Notes: a model not told the origin generated them from the letters alone. A DNA stretch of 64,000 nucleotides from Candidatus Thorarchaeota archaeon (GCA_048882045.1 JBHLRZ010000001.1:160001-224000), one strand, 5' to 3'. Positions 39,480 through 49,012 are shown, counted from the stretch's first letter. Made by a program: numbers and translations.

Positions 39480-39675
39480 CGATCTATAACTCACAGCTTC
39501 ACGTAATAAGTTACATGAACTAAGGAAAGTTGTACGAAAGAAACGGAGTATGTTCTCCCACTCTGTCAGAAAATTCGAAATGCTACAGAAGAAGCGAAAT
39601 CCCCCGTCCACCCCGTTGAGAACAGAAAGAAGGAGAACATTCCAATCTTCATGACCGGGGGACTTCATTGATACG

Positions 39676-39757
39676 GTAACAACATTACGTAATATATTTT
39701 TCGCTTTGTGATTATGTTACCGAAAGATATATTACTTGTAACATGTAATACTATTTC
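39676..39757. promoter_or_regulatory. Cluster of GTAA-N5-TTAC-like palindromes upstream of the repeat-protein gene
   Basis: GTAACAACATTAC (39676), GTGATTATGTTAC (39708), GTAATACTATTTC (39745), partial GTAATATATTTTT (39689). Confidence 0.6.
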
Positions 39758-39874
39758 GAGGTATTTGGATGATTCAGCGAATCAATGACTGCTTCGGACT
39801 GGTAATAACTGGTCGAATCAATTTCGATGACAACATTGTCACTGAATCCTCACTCATATCGGAGGAGATAGAGA

Positions 39875-40501
39875 ATGTTTGATAATAGAAACCAAAGAGT
39901 TGCATTTGCAACTGGAATCCTGTTCATACTTGTACTGGCTGTCTTCGGTTCACTGTTTGCAGCCGCTTCTATGAGCATGAACAATACTATGGCTGTGCTG
40001 CCGGATAGTCACTCTGCTGAGGATACAGCAGCTCTTGCCTGGCGCCTTGATCCTGGTGAATCAATGTCAATTGACTTTCGATTAGATCCAGGTGAAACTG
40101 CTACAATTGACTTTCGACTTGATCCCAGTGAAACCGTTTCAATTGACTACAGAATCAATCAAGCTGAAGCCATTTCTGGTGGTAGGAGTGATCCTGGCAT
40201 GGCAAGTATGGTTGACTGGCGTCTTGATCCTGGTGAAGAGACAGCTGTGGACTATCAGAGAGAGCTAGGTCAGGTCGTATCAGTTGACTTCCGCCTAGAC
40301 CCAGGTCAGACAGTGTCAATTGATTTCAGGCTTGATACTGGTGAAGTGGTATCTGTCGATTTCAAGCTTGATCCAGGTGAGACTGTTTCTGTTGACTTTC
40401 GCCTTGATCCCAGTGAAACCGTTTCAATTGACTACAGGTATGCCGCTGAAGTATTAAGTGGATCAGGCGGAGAGCTAGGAATGCTCTATGTAGTCGATTA
40501 G
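39875..40501 (+). CDS. Exported 12-aa tandem-repeat protein of unknown function
   Basis: GGAGG RBS, N-terminal signal/TM, about 12 repeats of D(F/W/Y)RLDP(G/S)E(T)VS(I/V). Confidence 0.85.
   Translation: MFDNRNQRVAFATGILFILVLAVFGSLFAAASMSMNNTMAVLPDSHSAEDTAALAWRLDPGESMSIDFRLDPGETATIDFRLDPSETVSIDYRINQAEAISGGRSDPGMASMVDWRLDPGEETAVDYQRELGQVVSVDFRLDPGQTVSIDFRLDTGEVVSVDFKLDPGETVSVDFRLDPSETVSIDYRYAAEVLSGSGGELGMLYVVD
40037..40440 (+). repeat. Degenerate 36-bp coding tandem repeat
   Basis: 36-bp period; 40107..40152 and 40392..40437 differ at 1 of 46 nt. Confidence 0.85.
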
Positions 40502-40661
40502 ACGGAATGTAAGCCCAACCCCGAAGAAGAAAGAAGGAGAACGCTTGGTTTTTCAGGAAAAGAGTGCCAAGGCACTCTTTCTAATCTTATTTTCATATTC
40601 ACAAAACCCACTGCAATATGAAAGCACATACTTCAAAAATGAAATCCAAGAGAACTGATTT

Positions 40662-40997
40662 CTACTTCTCTTGGAATGCTTCAAAGGCATGCTTCTTGGC
40701 GGAATCGCGAAGTTTGCGAATATCGGCGGCTTGAACTTTGATCTGTTCGAACATTTGACTTCTAGCGGCAATTGCTTGTTCTACAAAAGCAGACACAGCT
40801 TCTGATCGACTTTTGAAAATCTCGAGTTCAACTAATGCATCAAGGATTTCAACGATGTCGCCACTCATTCGAGTCATCACTGAAACTTCACGCTTCTTTG
40901 AAAGGTCATCTTCAGAAAGACGGCCTAGGAGTTGTTCTCGAAGACTCACTTGAACCGCCTCTGTTTTTGATTCTTTAGTGTCGGGCACATCTTTCAC
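40662..40997 (-). CDS. Ribbon-helix-helix (CopG/MetJ-type) transcriptional regulator
   Basis: VSVMTRM....VEILDALVELEIFKSRSEAV..FV..AI. Confidence 0.8.
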   Translation of the reverse strand: MKDVPDTKESKTEAVQVSLREQLLGRLSEDDLSKKREVSVMTRMSGDIVEILDALVELEIFKSRSEAVSAFVEQAIAARSQMFEQIKVQAADIRKLRDSAKKHAFEAFQEK

Positions 40998-41039
40998 CTC
41001 ATGATACTATAGACATGAAATCTTATAATTCTTTTTCAC

Positions 41040-41052
41040 GTAATACTATTAC
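41040..41052. promoter_or_regulatory. Perfect palindrome GTAATA-C-TATTAC between the TATA-like box and the RHH start (candidate autoregulatory operator)
   Basis: 43 nt upstream of the RHH start; minus-strand TTTTATATAG at 41061..41070. Confidence 0.6.
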
Positions 41053-41172
41053 ATAATCCACTATATAAAAGGTTCTAAATGTGAAAAAAATTCGACCAAC
41101 TGTTTGTCCTGTTGATTCTTGAGGCTTGAACAGCAATTGATTCTGTATAGATGTGGTCACCTGTTCCTCTTT

Positions 41173-41502
41173 TTATGATTCAACATCCTCTTTATCGTGG
41201 AGTTGATGTCGAATCCATTCTATTGGTGCACGGAAGATCAATCTGGGACCTGAGAATCGCATCACACTTCGGATCTCCTCACGCATAGTGGGTCTGTAGC
41301 AATGAACAGGACATTTCCGGCATGTAGGTTTATCTTCTCCAAACTGGCAATTGCTCAGTCTCTGGTGAGAGTATTCCAACAGATTCTGACATGCATCACA
41401 GAGCTGGACCTTGGACGGATGGTGTTTCTTCTCACAATAGATGTGAATCATCTTCTCTACTGTCGCTTTCTCCTTTGTAATAACGGGTCCGGACTCAGTC
41501 AA
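41173..41502 (-). CDS. YgbA / nitrous-oxide-stimulated promoter family protein
   Basis: EK.TV..MI..YC...H, LC..C..L..Y...RL..C.FGE.KPTC.KCPVHCY, VMRFSGPR. Confidence 0.88.
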   Translation of the reverse strand: MTESGPVITKEKATVEKMIHIYCEKKHHPSKVQLCDACQNLLEYSHQRLSNCQFGEDKPTCRKCPVHCYRPTMREEIRSVMRFSGPRLIFRAPIEWIRHQLHDKEDVES

Positions 41503-41637
41503 ATCTATGTCCCCAGCTTTCTCTCTTCAAGACTGGTAAACCCATATCAAGCATCTGTTATGGACAAATCATTGTTCTACGACAATCCTTAAGATATCTA
41601 GAACTTCGGCATGCTTCGTTTCAAAAGAGGTTGTTTC

Positions 41638-41910
41638 ATGGCTTACTGTGTGATGGTCAAAGGTCCATGCCGTGGAAAAAAGTGTGACTACTGGGGGAGA
41701 GTGAAAATCAGGAAATCCTCAGTGGAAGAACTTGCTGCTGGAATACGAAAGGCCATTGCGCAGTGTGATGGGCAAGAAACAGTGGCAAGGGAGGATGCAC
41801 TTCGAGAGTACTGGCACTATATTGGTGTCAGAAACATGAAACGACTCTGTGAAGAAGAGCCAGACCTCTGCGCTAAAATGACTGAGGCAGAGGTCCAAGC
41901 CCAGGTCTAA
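41638..41910 (+). CDS. Small Cys-containing hypothetical protein
   Basis: MAYCVMVKGPCRGKKCDYW; GAGG RBS upstream. Confidence 0.6.
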   Translation: MAYCVMVKGPCRGKKCDYWGRVKIRKSSVEELAAGIRKAIAQCDGQETVAREDALREYWHYIGVRNMKRLCEEEPDLCAKMTEAEVQAQV

Positions 41911-41911
41911 T

Positions 41912-43639
41912 TTATTCTGCGAGTACAGGAATCATGTTTTCTCTGTTAATCAGCCATTTGGGATCGAGCGCTTTCTTGACAGCCTGCATCTCTTTGATAC
42001 CACCCTCTCCGTACATAGCCTCTAAGAACGCTCGCTTTAGCTTACCAATCCCGTGTTCAGCAGCTACAGTACCACCGAGTTCCACAGCTTTCTTTGCGAA
42101 GGTCATGTAGTTGTCCATTCCCTGATGGACTTCTTCATTATTCCGAGGCAACATATTGACGTGGATGTGATTATCACCTATGTGACCCCACATTACATAC
42201 TCCATGCCCTGTTTGTCTAGAGTTTCAATGTAATAATCGAGATACGCCTTGAGAGCCTCATCAGGTACAGCCATATCAGTACCAATCTTGTGGATCTCAG
42301 GATACTCAGCTTTTCTCATGGCGATTATTCCGTTCACTGTTTCTGGTACAAAATGGCGCACTGTCTTCATCTTTGCCAGTTCAGAACGGTCCATTCCAGC
42401 CCAACTTGATTCTGACGATGTATTGTTCTTCATGAGTAGTTCTTCCAAGCCCATGACCAGGTCTTCCATGTTCTCCTCATTGTATGAGAACTCAAAGAAG
42501 ACGATTGCTTTGGTGTCATCCTTCATTGCAGGAACTGTGACACCAGCATCACTCGCCTTCGTCTTTATCATGTCAATTGCGTGGGGACCAAAGTATTCTA
42601 AGAAGTTCATCTTTACAGGAGAGTCGGGCGCTCGGACATCGTTAACGAAATTGACTGCATCGTGAATACTCGGGAAAAAGGCCATAACAGTCATAATATT
42701 CTCTGGAAGCTTCACCAGCCCTAGTTCAACCTCTGTGATTACTCCCAAGATGCCTTCTGACCCAACGAAGAGGTCGATGAGGTCCATATCTGGTTGGGCA
42801 AATAGCCCAGCCGCGTTCTTGGTCTTTGGCATAGAATAAGATGGGACTGTGACCTCAACCTCAATACCATCACTGAGCACAACAACGAACTTGCCATTTT
42901 CAGCCTTGACCTTCCCTCGCTCAATATCTAAGACATCACCATTTGCCAGTACCACACGAAGGCGATTGACCCATCGCCTCACTGCACCATACTTGAATGT
43001 CCTTGCTCCTGAAGCATTGCAAGCCACAATTCCTCCCAGCCAAGCACTCATCTCTGTCGGATCGACTGGGAAGGAGTATGTGTCTGATTCACCCAGAAAT
43101 GTTTCGAGCGCTTTCTGTTGCTCTGGTGTACCCTTTCCCTTTAGCTTGTCAAGGTTCTTTGATTCTACCGTTTTGACTAAATCCTCCAGTGTCAAACCTG
43201 CTTGTGCGGAAATGAAATAAAATCCCTCGGCCTCATCATGAGTGATGTAATTGAGTTCTGTCATTTTCTCAAGGTTCAAAGCAATGCCTCCCTGTGGGAC
43301 GGCTGCTCCCGTGAGACCTGTGCGACCCCCCTGAATTGTAACAGGTGTGCCATCATCAAATGCATTCTTCATGATTGTAGCAATTTCTGCTTCACTAGTA
43401 GGAAAGATGATTTTGTCAGCTTTCCCATCGAAGGAGTGGCTCTCATCATCTAAATACAACGCGTATGTGTCTGTAATTTCGGCCTGATCTGACACTGTCT
43501 TCACTCTTGATAGGTCAGCCTTTCCAGATGCCTGAGCAATTATACGGTTCGTCAATATTCGTTCGCCTGTTTTTCGTGGTTTGAATTGCACAATATCAAA
43601 GATTTGGTCGGGCATTTCGCAACCAAAAGATGACGACAC
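41912..43639 (-). CDS. FAD-binding oxidoreductase, GlcD/D-lactate dehydrogenase family (start probably 43615)
   Basis: QGGRTGLTG, GG..A.NASG...F.YG, GSEG.LGVIT, GHIGD.H.H.N, AEHGIG..K. Confidence 0.9.
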   Translation of the reverse strand: MSSSFGCEMPDQIFDIVQFKPRKTGERILTNRIIAQASGKADLSRVKTVSDQAEITDTYALYLDDESHSFDGKADKIIFPTSEAEIATIMKNAFDDGTPVTIQGGRTGLTGAAVPQGGIALNLEKMTELNYITHDEAEGFYFISAQAGLTLEDLVKTVESKNLDKLKGKGTPEQQKALETFLGESDTYSFPVDPTEMSAWLGGIVACNASGARTFKYGAVRRWVNRLRVVLANGDVLDIERGKVKAENGKFVVVLSDGIEVEVTVPSYSMPKTKNAAGLFAQPDMDLIDLFVGSEGILGVITEVELGLVKLPENIMTVMAFFPSIHDAVNFVNDVRAPDSPVKMNFLEYFGPHAIDMIKTKASDAGVTVPAMKDDTKAIVFFEFSYNEENMEDLVMGLEELLMKNNTSSESSWAGMDRSELAKMKTVRHFVPETVNGIIAMRKAEYPEIHKIGTDMAVPDEALKAYLDYYIETLDKQGMEYVMWGHIGDNHIHVNMLPRNNEEVHQGMDNYMTFAKKAVELGGTVAAEHGIGKLKRAFLEAMYGEGGIKEMQAVKKALDPKWLINRENMIPVLAE

Positions 43640-43701
43640 ATTTATCCGTAGGGCATCACCCTATGCTCCGTCTGTCGATTTCAGAAAGGTGACTTTGAAA
43701 T

Positions 43702-45108
43702 ATGGATGCGCTCGGAATCACTGTGCTCATTGTTTTCATTGTCACTTATGCACTCATCAGTTCCGAGAAACTTAATCGAACTGGAATGTCACTTCTTGGC
43801 ATGGCTGTGGTTGGAGTTGTGTTTTGGGCCACAAACTTTGCCGATCCGATTGCGCAACCTCTTGATTTTGTACATTTTGTTGAAGGATTTGAATGGGATA
43901 CAGTGCTCTTTGTTACTGCCATGATGATCATTGTCGCAGTTGCAGGTGCATCAGGTATGTTTCAATATCTAGCCTTAGCACTAGCAAAACCGAGTGGGGG
44001 TGTTCATAGGAGTCTGTATACTCTGTTCCTTTTGTTCGTGTTTGTAATCTCACTATTTTTGGACAATGTATCAACCACTCTCATCATGGCACCTTTGACA
44101 ATTCAAGTTTGTAGGGCGCTAGAAGTGGATTTCAAACCATTCCTAATTTCAGAGGCGATTGTATGTAATATCGGATCTATTCCCTCAATCGTGGGTGCAG
44201 TACCAAATATTGTGATTGCAAATGAAACACAGATGGATGCAGGTCTTCTCTTTGTTACATTCATGCCACTTTCATTTCTGTTATTGATTGTTACGTGGAT
44301 TCTGCTTGGAAGACGTTACAATGACGAATTCGGAGTTGCAGATGATTACCATGTAGAGGTTCTACTCGACATAGATCCAACGGCGATGATCAAATCAAGA
44401 AGAGACTTTTACGCCTCAGCAATTGCATTCAGCTTCCTCGTCGTTGGATTCGCACTCGGCCCTACACTCCATATCCCACCTGTTATGATTGCGCTTCTCG
44501 TGGCTTCTGCACTACTGATTTTAGCCCATGATCGTGCAGTAGAGTTCTTAGCAGAAGTTGGATGGGACACAGTATTTTTCCTCGTGGGTCTGTTTGGACT
44601 CGTCGGTGCTTTGAATATCACAGGTTTCATCAGTGAACTTGGGGATGGACTTGAAGTTCTAATAGGATCGAATTCTATACTCGCAATTGTATTCATGGTA
44701 TGGATTCCCGCGATACTATCAGCATTCCTCGATAACTTACCAGTTTCTGCAGTTTTGGCGCCAATAGCATCTCAACTGGCGCCTGTTAGCACTCTTTTAC
44801 CTCTAGTCCTTGTATTTGCTGTCGGTGTAGGTGGTAATGTCTTCACTCCATTAGGTTCTCCATCAAATATGGTTGCAATTGCTTTCTCTGAAAGAGAACA
44901 CAATCCGATAACCTACAAAGAGTTTGCAATAGCAGGAACAATAGCTGGAATGTCACACCTCATTATTGGAACAGCATACTTGTTGTTGATCGATATTATT
45001 GGGTTATTGATTGTTGGTGTTGCAACAGCAGCCCTTAGTGTTGTAGGATTCATTTTCGTTCTATTTCCACATCTGCGAGGACATAGGAACAACCAACAAG
45101 AGATGTGA
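43702..45108 (+). CDS. ArsB/NhaD (ion transporter superfamily) permease, copy 1
   Basis: SLFLDNV.T, NIGS...VG..PN, SAFLDN.P, TPLGSPSN; about 12 TM. Confidence 0.88.
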   Translation: MDALGITVLIVFIVTYALISSEKLNRTGMSLLGMAVVGVVFWATNFADPIAQPLDFVHFVEGFEWDTVLFVTAMMIIVAVAGASGMFQYLALALAKPSGGVHRSLYTLFLLFVFVISLFLDNVSTTLIMAPLTIQVCRALEVDFKPFLISEAIVCNIGSIPSIVGAVPNIVIANETQMDAGLLFVTFMPLSFLLLIVTWILLGRRYNDEFGVADDYHVEVLLDIDPTAMIKSRRDFYASAIAFSFLVVGFALGPTLHIPPVMIALLVASALLILAHDRAVEFLAEVGWDTVFFLVGLFGLVGALNITGFISELGDGLEVLIGSNSILAIVFMVWIPAILSAFLDNLPVSAVLAPIASQLAPVSTLLPLVLVFAVGVGGNVFTPLGSPSNMVAIAFSEREHNPITYKEFAIAGTIAGMSHLIIGTAYLLLIDIIGLLIVGVATAALSVVGFIFVLFPHLRGHRNNQQEM

Positions 45109-46403
45109 TGCGATTGACTGCAGAGCTGATAATTCTTGTATTCGTGGTCACATACATCGCAATATCTTCTGAAAAAGTAAACAGGACTGCCACTGCGCTA
45201 TTAGGAATGGGTGTAGCAGGAATTGTTCTTTGGATAACTCAGGGATTGGAATTCTCAGAGATAGTCAATCGCATTCACTGGTCGACCATTCTCTTTGTCA
45301 CTTCAATGTTCGTCATAGTTACTATAGCGGCTTCTTCTGGAATGTTCCAGTATCTTGCCTTGAGTTTAACAGGACCCACTCAGGGTCAGACGAAGAAACT
45401 GTTTGTGTCATTACTTGCTTTCGTATTTGGAATATCCCTATTCTTTGACACAACATCCACAATGCTCATTATGGGCCCACTCACAATCGAGTTGTGTAAG
45501 GCTCTAGACATCGACTTTAGACCATTCTTGATATCTGAAGCTGTGACATGTAATTTTGCTTCAATTCCATCGATAGTTGGTGCAGTGCCCAACCTACTTA
45601 TCGCAGAGCAAGCACATGTTGATCCAGGCTTCCTCTTTGCTACTCTTCTACCTCTATCCATCATCTTGTTTGTAGCTTCGATTCCAATTCTCCTACGCAT
45701 ATTCGAAGACCAACTACAACCATCAGAAGAGGAACTTGTATCTCAGATGTTATTGATTAATCCTCAATACATGATTCGTTCCAAGTCAGATTTCTATCTA
45801 TCAATCATTGCCATGCTGATTCTAGTGTTTGGATTCACAATAGGTCCAGGTTTAGACCCTCAGCTTCAACCAGCTTTGATTGCTATCACTGTAGCCGCTG
45901 CACTACTCATCCTCGCAAGAGAATGGGTGGATGAAATCTTGAAGCGTGTGAATTGGGGTACTATCTTCTTCCTCGTGGGTCTTTTTGGCCTCGTCAGTGC
46001 ATTGGAGATTACAGGGATCATTGATGCAATAGGAGATGGTATTGGAGGTTTAATCGCAGGAAATGTCTATCTCGGAATTTTCTTTATGACATGGGTTCCT
46101 GCACTCCTATCAGCTGTGATTGATAATATCCCAGTGTCAGCAGTGCTTGCACCAATAGCGTTTCAATTTGCTGCTGTGAGTCCTTTGCTTCCCATAGCAC
46201 TTATCTTCGCAGTGAATGTGGGAGGTTTCCTCCTCCCAATTGGTGCTCCTGCAAACATTCTCGCTTTAGTATTCGCTGAAAAGGAGCGAAAACCGATATC
46301 TATGAAGGATTTTGCTAAAGTTGCTTCTCCACTGGCAATCCTGATGCTTGCTATTGGAACAGGATGGTTAGTCTTACTTAGTTTGGCCATCCCAGTACCG
46401 TAA
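45105..46403 (+). CDS. ArsB/NhaD (ion transporter superfamily) permease, copy 2
   Basis: Collinear paralog; SAVIDNIP, LPIGAPAN; overlaps the stop of copy 1. Confidence 0.88.
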   Translation: MMRLTAELIILVFVVTYIAISSEKVNRTATALLGMGVAGIVLWITQGLEFSEIVNRIHWSTILFVTSMFVIVTIAASSGMFQYLALSLTGPTQGQTKKLFVSLLAFVFGISLFFDTTSTMLIMGPLTIELCKALDIDFRPFLISEAVTCNFASIPSIVGAVPNLLIAEQAHVDPGFLFATLLPLSIILFVASIPILLRIFEDQLQPSEEELVSQMLLINPQYMIRSKSDFYLSIIAMLILVFGFTIGPGLDPQLQPALIAITVAAALLILAREWVDEILKRVNWGTIFFLVGLFGLVSALEITGIIDAIGDGIGGLIAGNVYLGIFFMTWVPALLSAVIDNIPVSAVLAPIAFQFAAVSPLLPIALIFAVNVGGFLLPIGAPANILALVFAEKERKPISMKDFAKVASPLAILMLAIGTGWLVLLSLAIPVP

Positions 46404-46558
46404 AATGAAAAGGCGCCCGCCTCCGTCATATGACCGCCGGGAAGACGACACCACGGAAACGAGACGCCAAATTCCATGCGTTTTATTCAAATAAATGTCT
46501 TTGGTTATCAACAATTGGTTCTAAGAAGTCATCTTTATACGAGGAACAAATTACCGGG

Positions 46559-47074
46559 ATGATTGCATCGAGGTCTGAACCCTTGCCAAAAAGAGTCCGT
46601 TGTCCTCATTGTGATCGTCTGTTCAGCCGTGAGGTTCTTGACAGCCACATTGTTAAGTGTAGAACAGGTAGAAAAGCTGATCATCCGAGAAAATCTCGAC
46701 GTCGGATAGTCATTGTTGATGGAAATAATATTGCGTATCATTTGTCAACTAAGGGAGAACCTAGGGCAATGAATCTCATTCTGGCTTACAGAAGTCTTAC
46801 AAATACCGGTTTCAAACCAATCTTTGTAGTGTCTGCAGCTCTGTCACATAAAATTGACAGACCGTCTTCATTAAACGAGTTCATGCTTAGTGCAGAAGTT
46901 GTTGAATCTCCCAGAGGATCGTCTGATGATCTTAGAATCTTTCAACTCGCAAAAGAGTATGATGCAGATATCGTGTCTAATGATAGATTTCTGGATTGGA
47001 CTGATAGATATCCTTGGATAACTTCTAGGTTGAAGAAATACAGAATGACACCCTCAGGTCTGATTCTTGTCTAG
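46559..47074 (+). CDS. C2HC zinc finger + Zc3h12a/Regnase-like NYN (PIN) ribonuclease (start uncertain; ORF extends to 46430)
   Basis: CPHC-x11-H-x3-C; IVIVDGNNIA, DD, IVSNDRF.D acidic catalytic set. Confidence 0.78.
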   Translation: MIASRSEPLPKRVRCPHCDRLFSREVLDSHIVKCRTGRKADHPRKSRRRIVIVDGNNIAYHLSTKGEPRAMNLILAYRSLTNTGFKPIFVVSAALSHKIDRPSSLNEFMLSAEVVESPRGSSDDLRIFQLAKEYDADIVSNDRFLDWTDRYPWITSRLKKYRMTPSGLILV

Positions 47075-47155
47075 AAATCTGGTATTCTGCGAAACGGTTA
47101 AAATCAGTCAGGATTTGGCTTTTCCAACCCTTTTGTGACAGCAATGAGGTGACAT

Positions 47156-48931
47156 ATGATGAGAGCTAAAGAACTGAGAGAAATGTATCTGAAATACTTC
47201 AAAGACAAAGGACACTCAGTCATAGCTTCAGCATCATTGTTCCCAGAGGATGATCCTACTGTACTATTCACATCAGCAGGCATGCACCCATTGGTTCCCT
47301 ACCTATTGGGACAACCTCATCCTGAAGGAAAACGTCTGACAAATGTACAGAAATGTGTACGCACAACTGACATCGAAGAAGTGGGAGATACAACTCACCT
47401 TACCTTCTTTGAGATGCTTGGAAACTGGAGTCTGGGAGATTACTGGAAGAAGGAAGCAATCACTTGGAGCTATGAGTTTCTGACCTCCAGGAAATATCTT
47501 GGATTTGACCCGGGGAAGATATCAGTAACTGTGTTCGCAGGTGATGAGGACTCTCCTAGGGATGAAGATGCAGCAGATGCATGGAAGAATGTAGGAATCC
47601 CAGATGAGAGAATCTACTTCCTGGAAAAAGAGGACAACTGGTGGATCGCGGGGAACACAGGTCCCTGTGGACCATGTACTGAGATGTTCATTGAAGTGGA
47701 TGAGATTCCAAAATGCGGTCCAGACTGTAGACCAGGATGCAACTGCGGTCATTTTGTTGAAGTGTGGAATGACGTCTTCATGAGTTATCGAAAACACGAC
47801 GACGGATCCTATGAACCTCTGAAGATGAACAGCATTGACACTGGAATGGGTGTCGAGAGAACTCTTGCTATGGTAAACAGAGTACCGACAGTTTTCGATA
47901 CGGAGTTCTTCATTCCTCTGATTGAACGTGTCAAGGAACTTTCAGGTAAAGAGGATTTCACTGAGCAGGACAACCAGCTCATCCGGATAATCGTCGATCA
48001 TGTCAGGTCAGCAGTGATGATCATGGCAGATGACAGAAAGGTTGGACCTTCCAATGTGGAACAGGGATATATTGTAAGAAGACTCCTTAGAAAAGCAATC
48101 CATAGTGCAGACAGACTGGGAATCGGTCAAGGCTTCATGATTTCACTTGCAGAGATTGTCATTGACATGTTCAAAGACCTCTATGGAGAGGTCAAACGAA
48201 ATAAAGAGTTCATCATGAGCAATCTCACAGCAGAGGAAACAAAGTTCAGAAAAACCCTGAATAAAGCTATTAGGAGATTCGAAAAAATCTACAATGATAC
48301 AGGAACCATTACGGGAGGTGATGCGTTTCTGCTCTTCACTAGCTTTGGGCTACCACTTGAGATGACGAGAGATCTTGCGGAAGAGAAAGGAATCCAAATA
48401 GATATGGATCAGTTTACGAAGCAGTTCGAAGAACACAGAGAGATATCGAGAACAGCGACTCAAGGCAAATTCAAGGGTGGTCTGGCGGAACATAGTGAGA
48501 AAATTGTGAAACTTCACACTGCAACTCATCTTCTTCAAGCGGCATTGAGGAAAGTCCTCGGAGATGAGGTGACCCAGAACGGGAGCAACATCACAGAAGA
48601 GCGTCTACGGTTTGACTTTACCTTTTCAAGAAGATTGACTCCAGAAGAGATTGAAGAAGTGGAAACGCTTGTAAACGAGATTATCAATCAAGATTTGAAA
48701 GTGAATCAGCAGTTCCTCCCCTATGACGAAGCGATTGAGAAAGGGGCTCTTGCATTTTTCAAGGAGAACTATGGAGAAACAGTGTCTGTGTATTCAGTGG
48801 GCGATTTTAGCATGGAGCTCTGTGGAGGCCCGCATGTAGAACACACAGGAGTTTTGAAGAAATTCAGGATTGTCAAGCAAAAGAGTATTGGAACAGGTCT
48901 TATCAGGCTAAGAGCTATTCTTGAAGACTAG
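47156..48931 (+). CDS. alaS: Alanine--tRNA ligase, short form lacking C-Ala
   Basis: FTSAGM, QKC.RT.DIEEVGD..H.TFFEMLGNWS.GDYWK, DTGMG.ER, DH.R, HTATH and ELCGGPH editing motifs; ends right after the editing domain. Confidence 0.95.
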   Translation: MMRAKELREMYLKYFKDKGHSVIASASLFPEDDPTVLFTSAGMHPLVPYLLGQPHPEGKRLTNVQKCVRTTDIEEVGDTTHLTFFEMLGNWSLGDYWKKEAITWSYEFLTSRKYLGFDPGKISVTVFAGDEDSPRDEDAADAWKNVGIPDERIYFLEKEDNWWIAGNTGPCGPCTEMFIEVDEIPKCGPDCRPGCNCGHFVEVWNDVFMSYRKHDDGSYEPLKMNSIDTGMGVERTLAMVNRVPTVFDTEFFIPLIERVKELSGKEDFTEQDNQLIRIIVDHVRSAVMIMADDRKVGPSNVEQGYIVRRLLRKAIHSADRLGIGQGFMISLAEIVIDMFKDLYGEVKRNKEFIMSNLTAEETKFRKTLNKAIRRFEKIYNDTGTITGGDAFLLFTSFGLPLEMTRDLAEEKGIQIDMDQFTKQFEEHREISRTATQGKFKGGLAEHSEKIVKLHTATHLLQAALRKVLGDEVTQNGSNITEERLRFDFTFSRRLTPEEIEEVETLVNEIINQDLKVNQQFLPYDEAIEKGALAFFKENYGETVSVYSVGDFSMELCGGPHVEHTGVLKKFRIVKQKSIGTGLIRLRAILED

Positions 48932-49012
48932 TTTGCCGAGGGTTCTTATGGGGGTTACAGTTTCTACGGAAGCATACAATTTGCTTAGACAAAACGAGTG
49001 CGGTGAATAAAA

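Noticed and set aside
39480-39668. N-terminal extension of the 235-aa ORF 38961..39668
   Set aside because: The family-typical start MPFTPYH is at 39479, and the extension covers promoter/operator DNA
40037-40440. 36-bp periodic repeat as a CRISPR array
   Set aside because: No unique spacers, variation is codon-patterned, it lies within an ORF, and no cas genes are present
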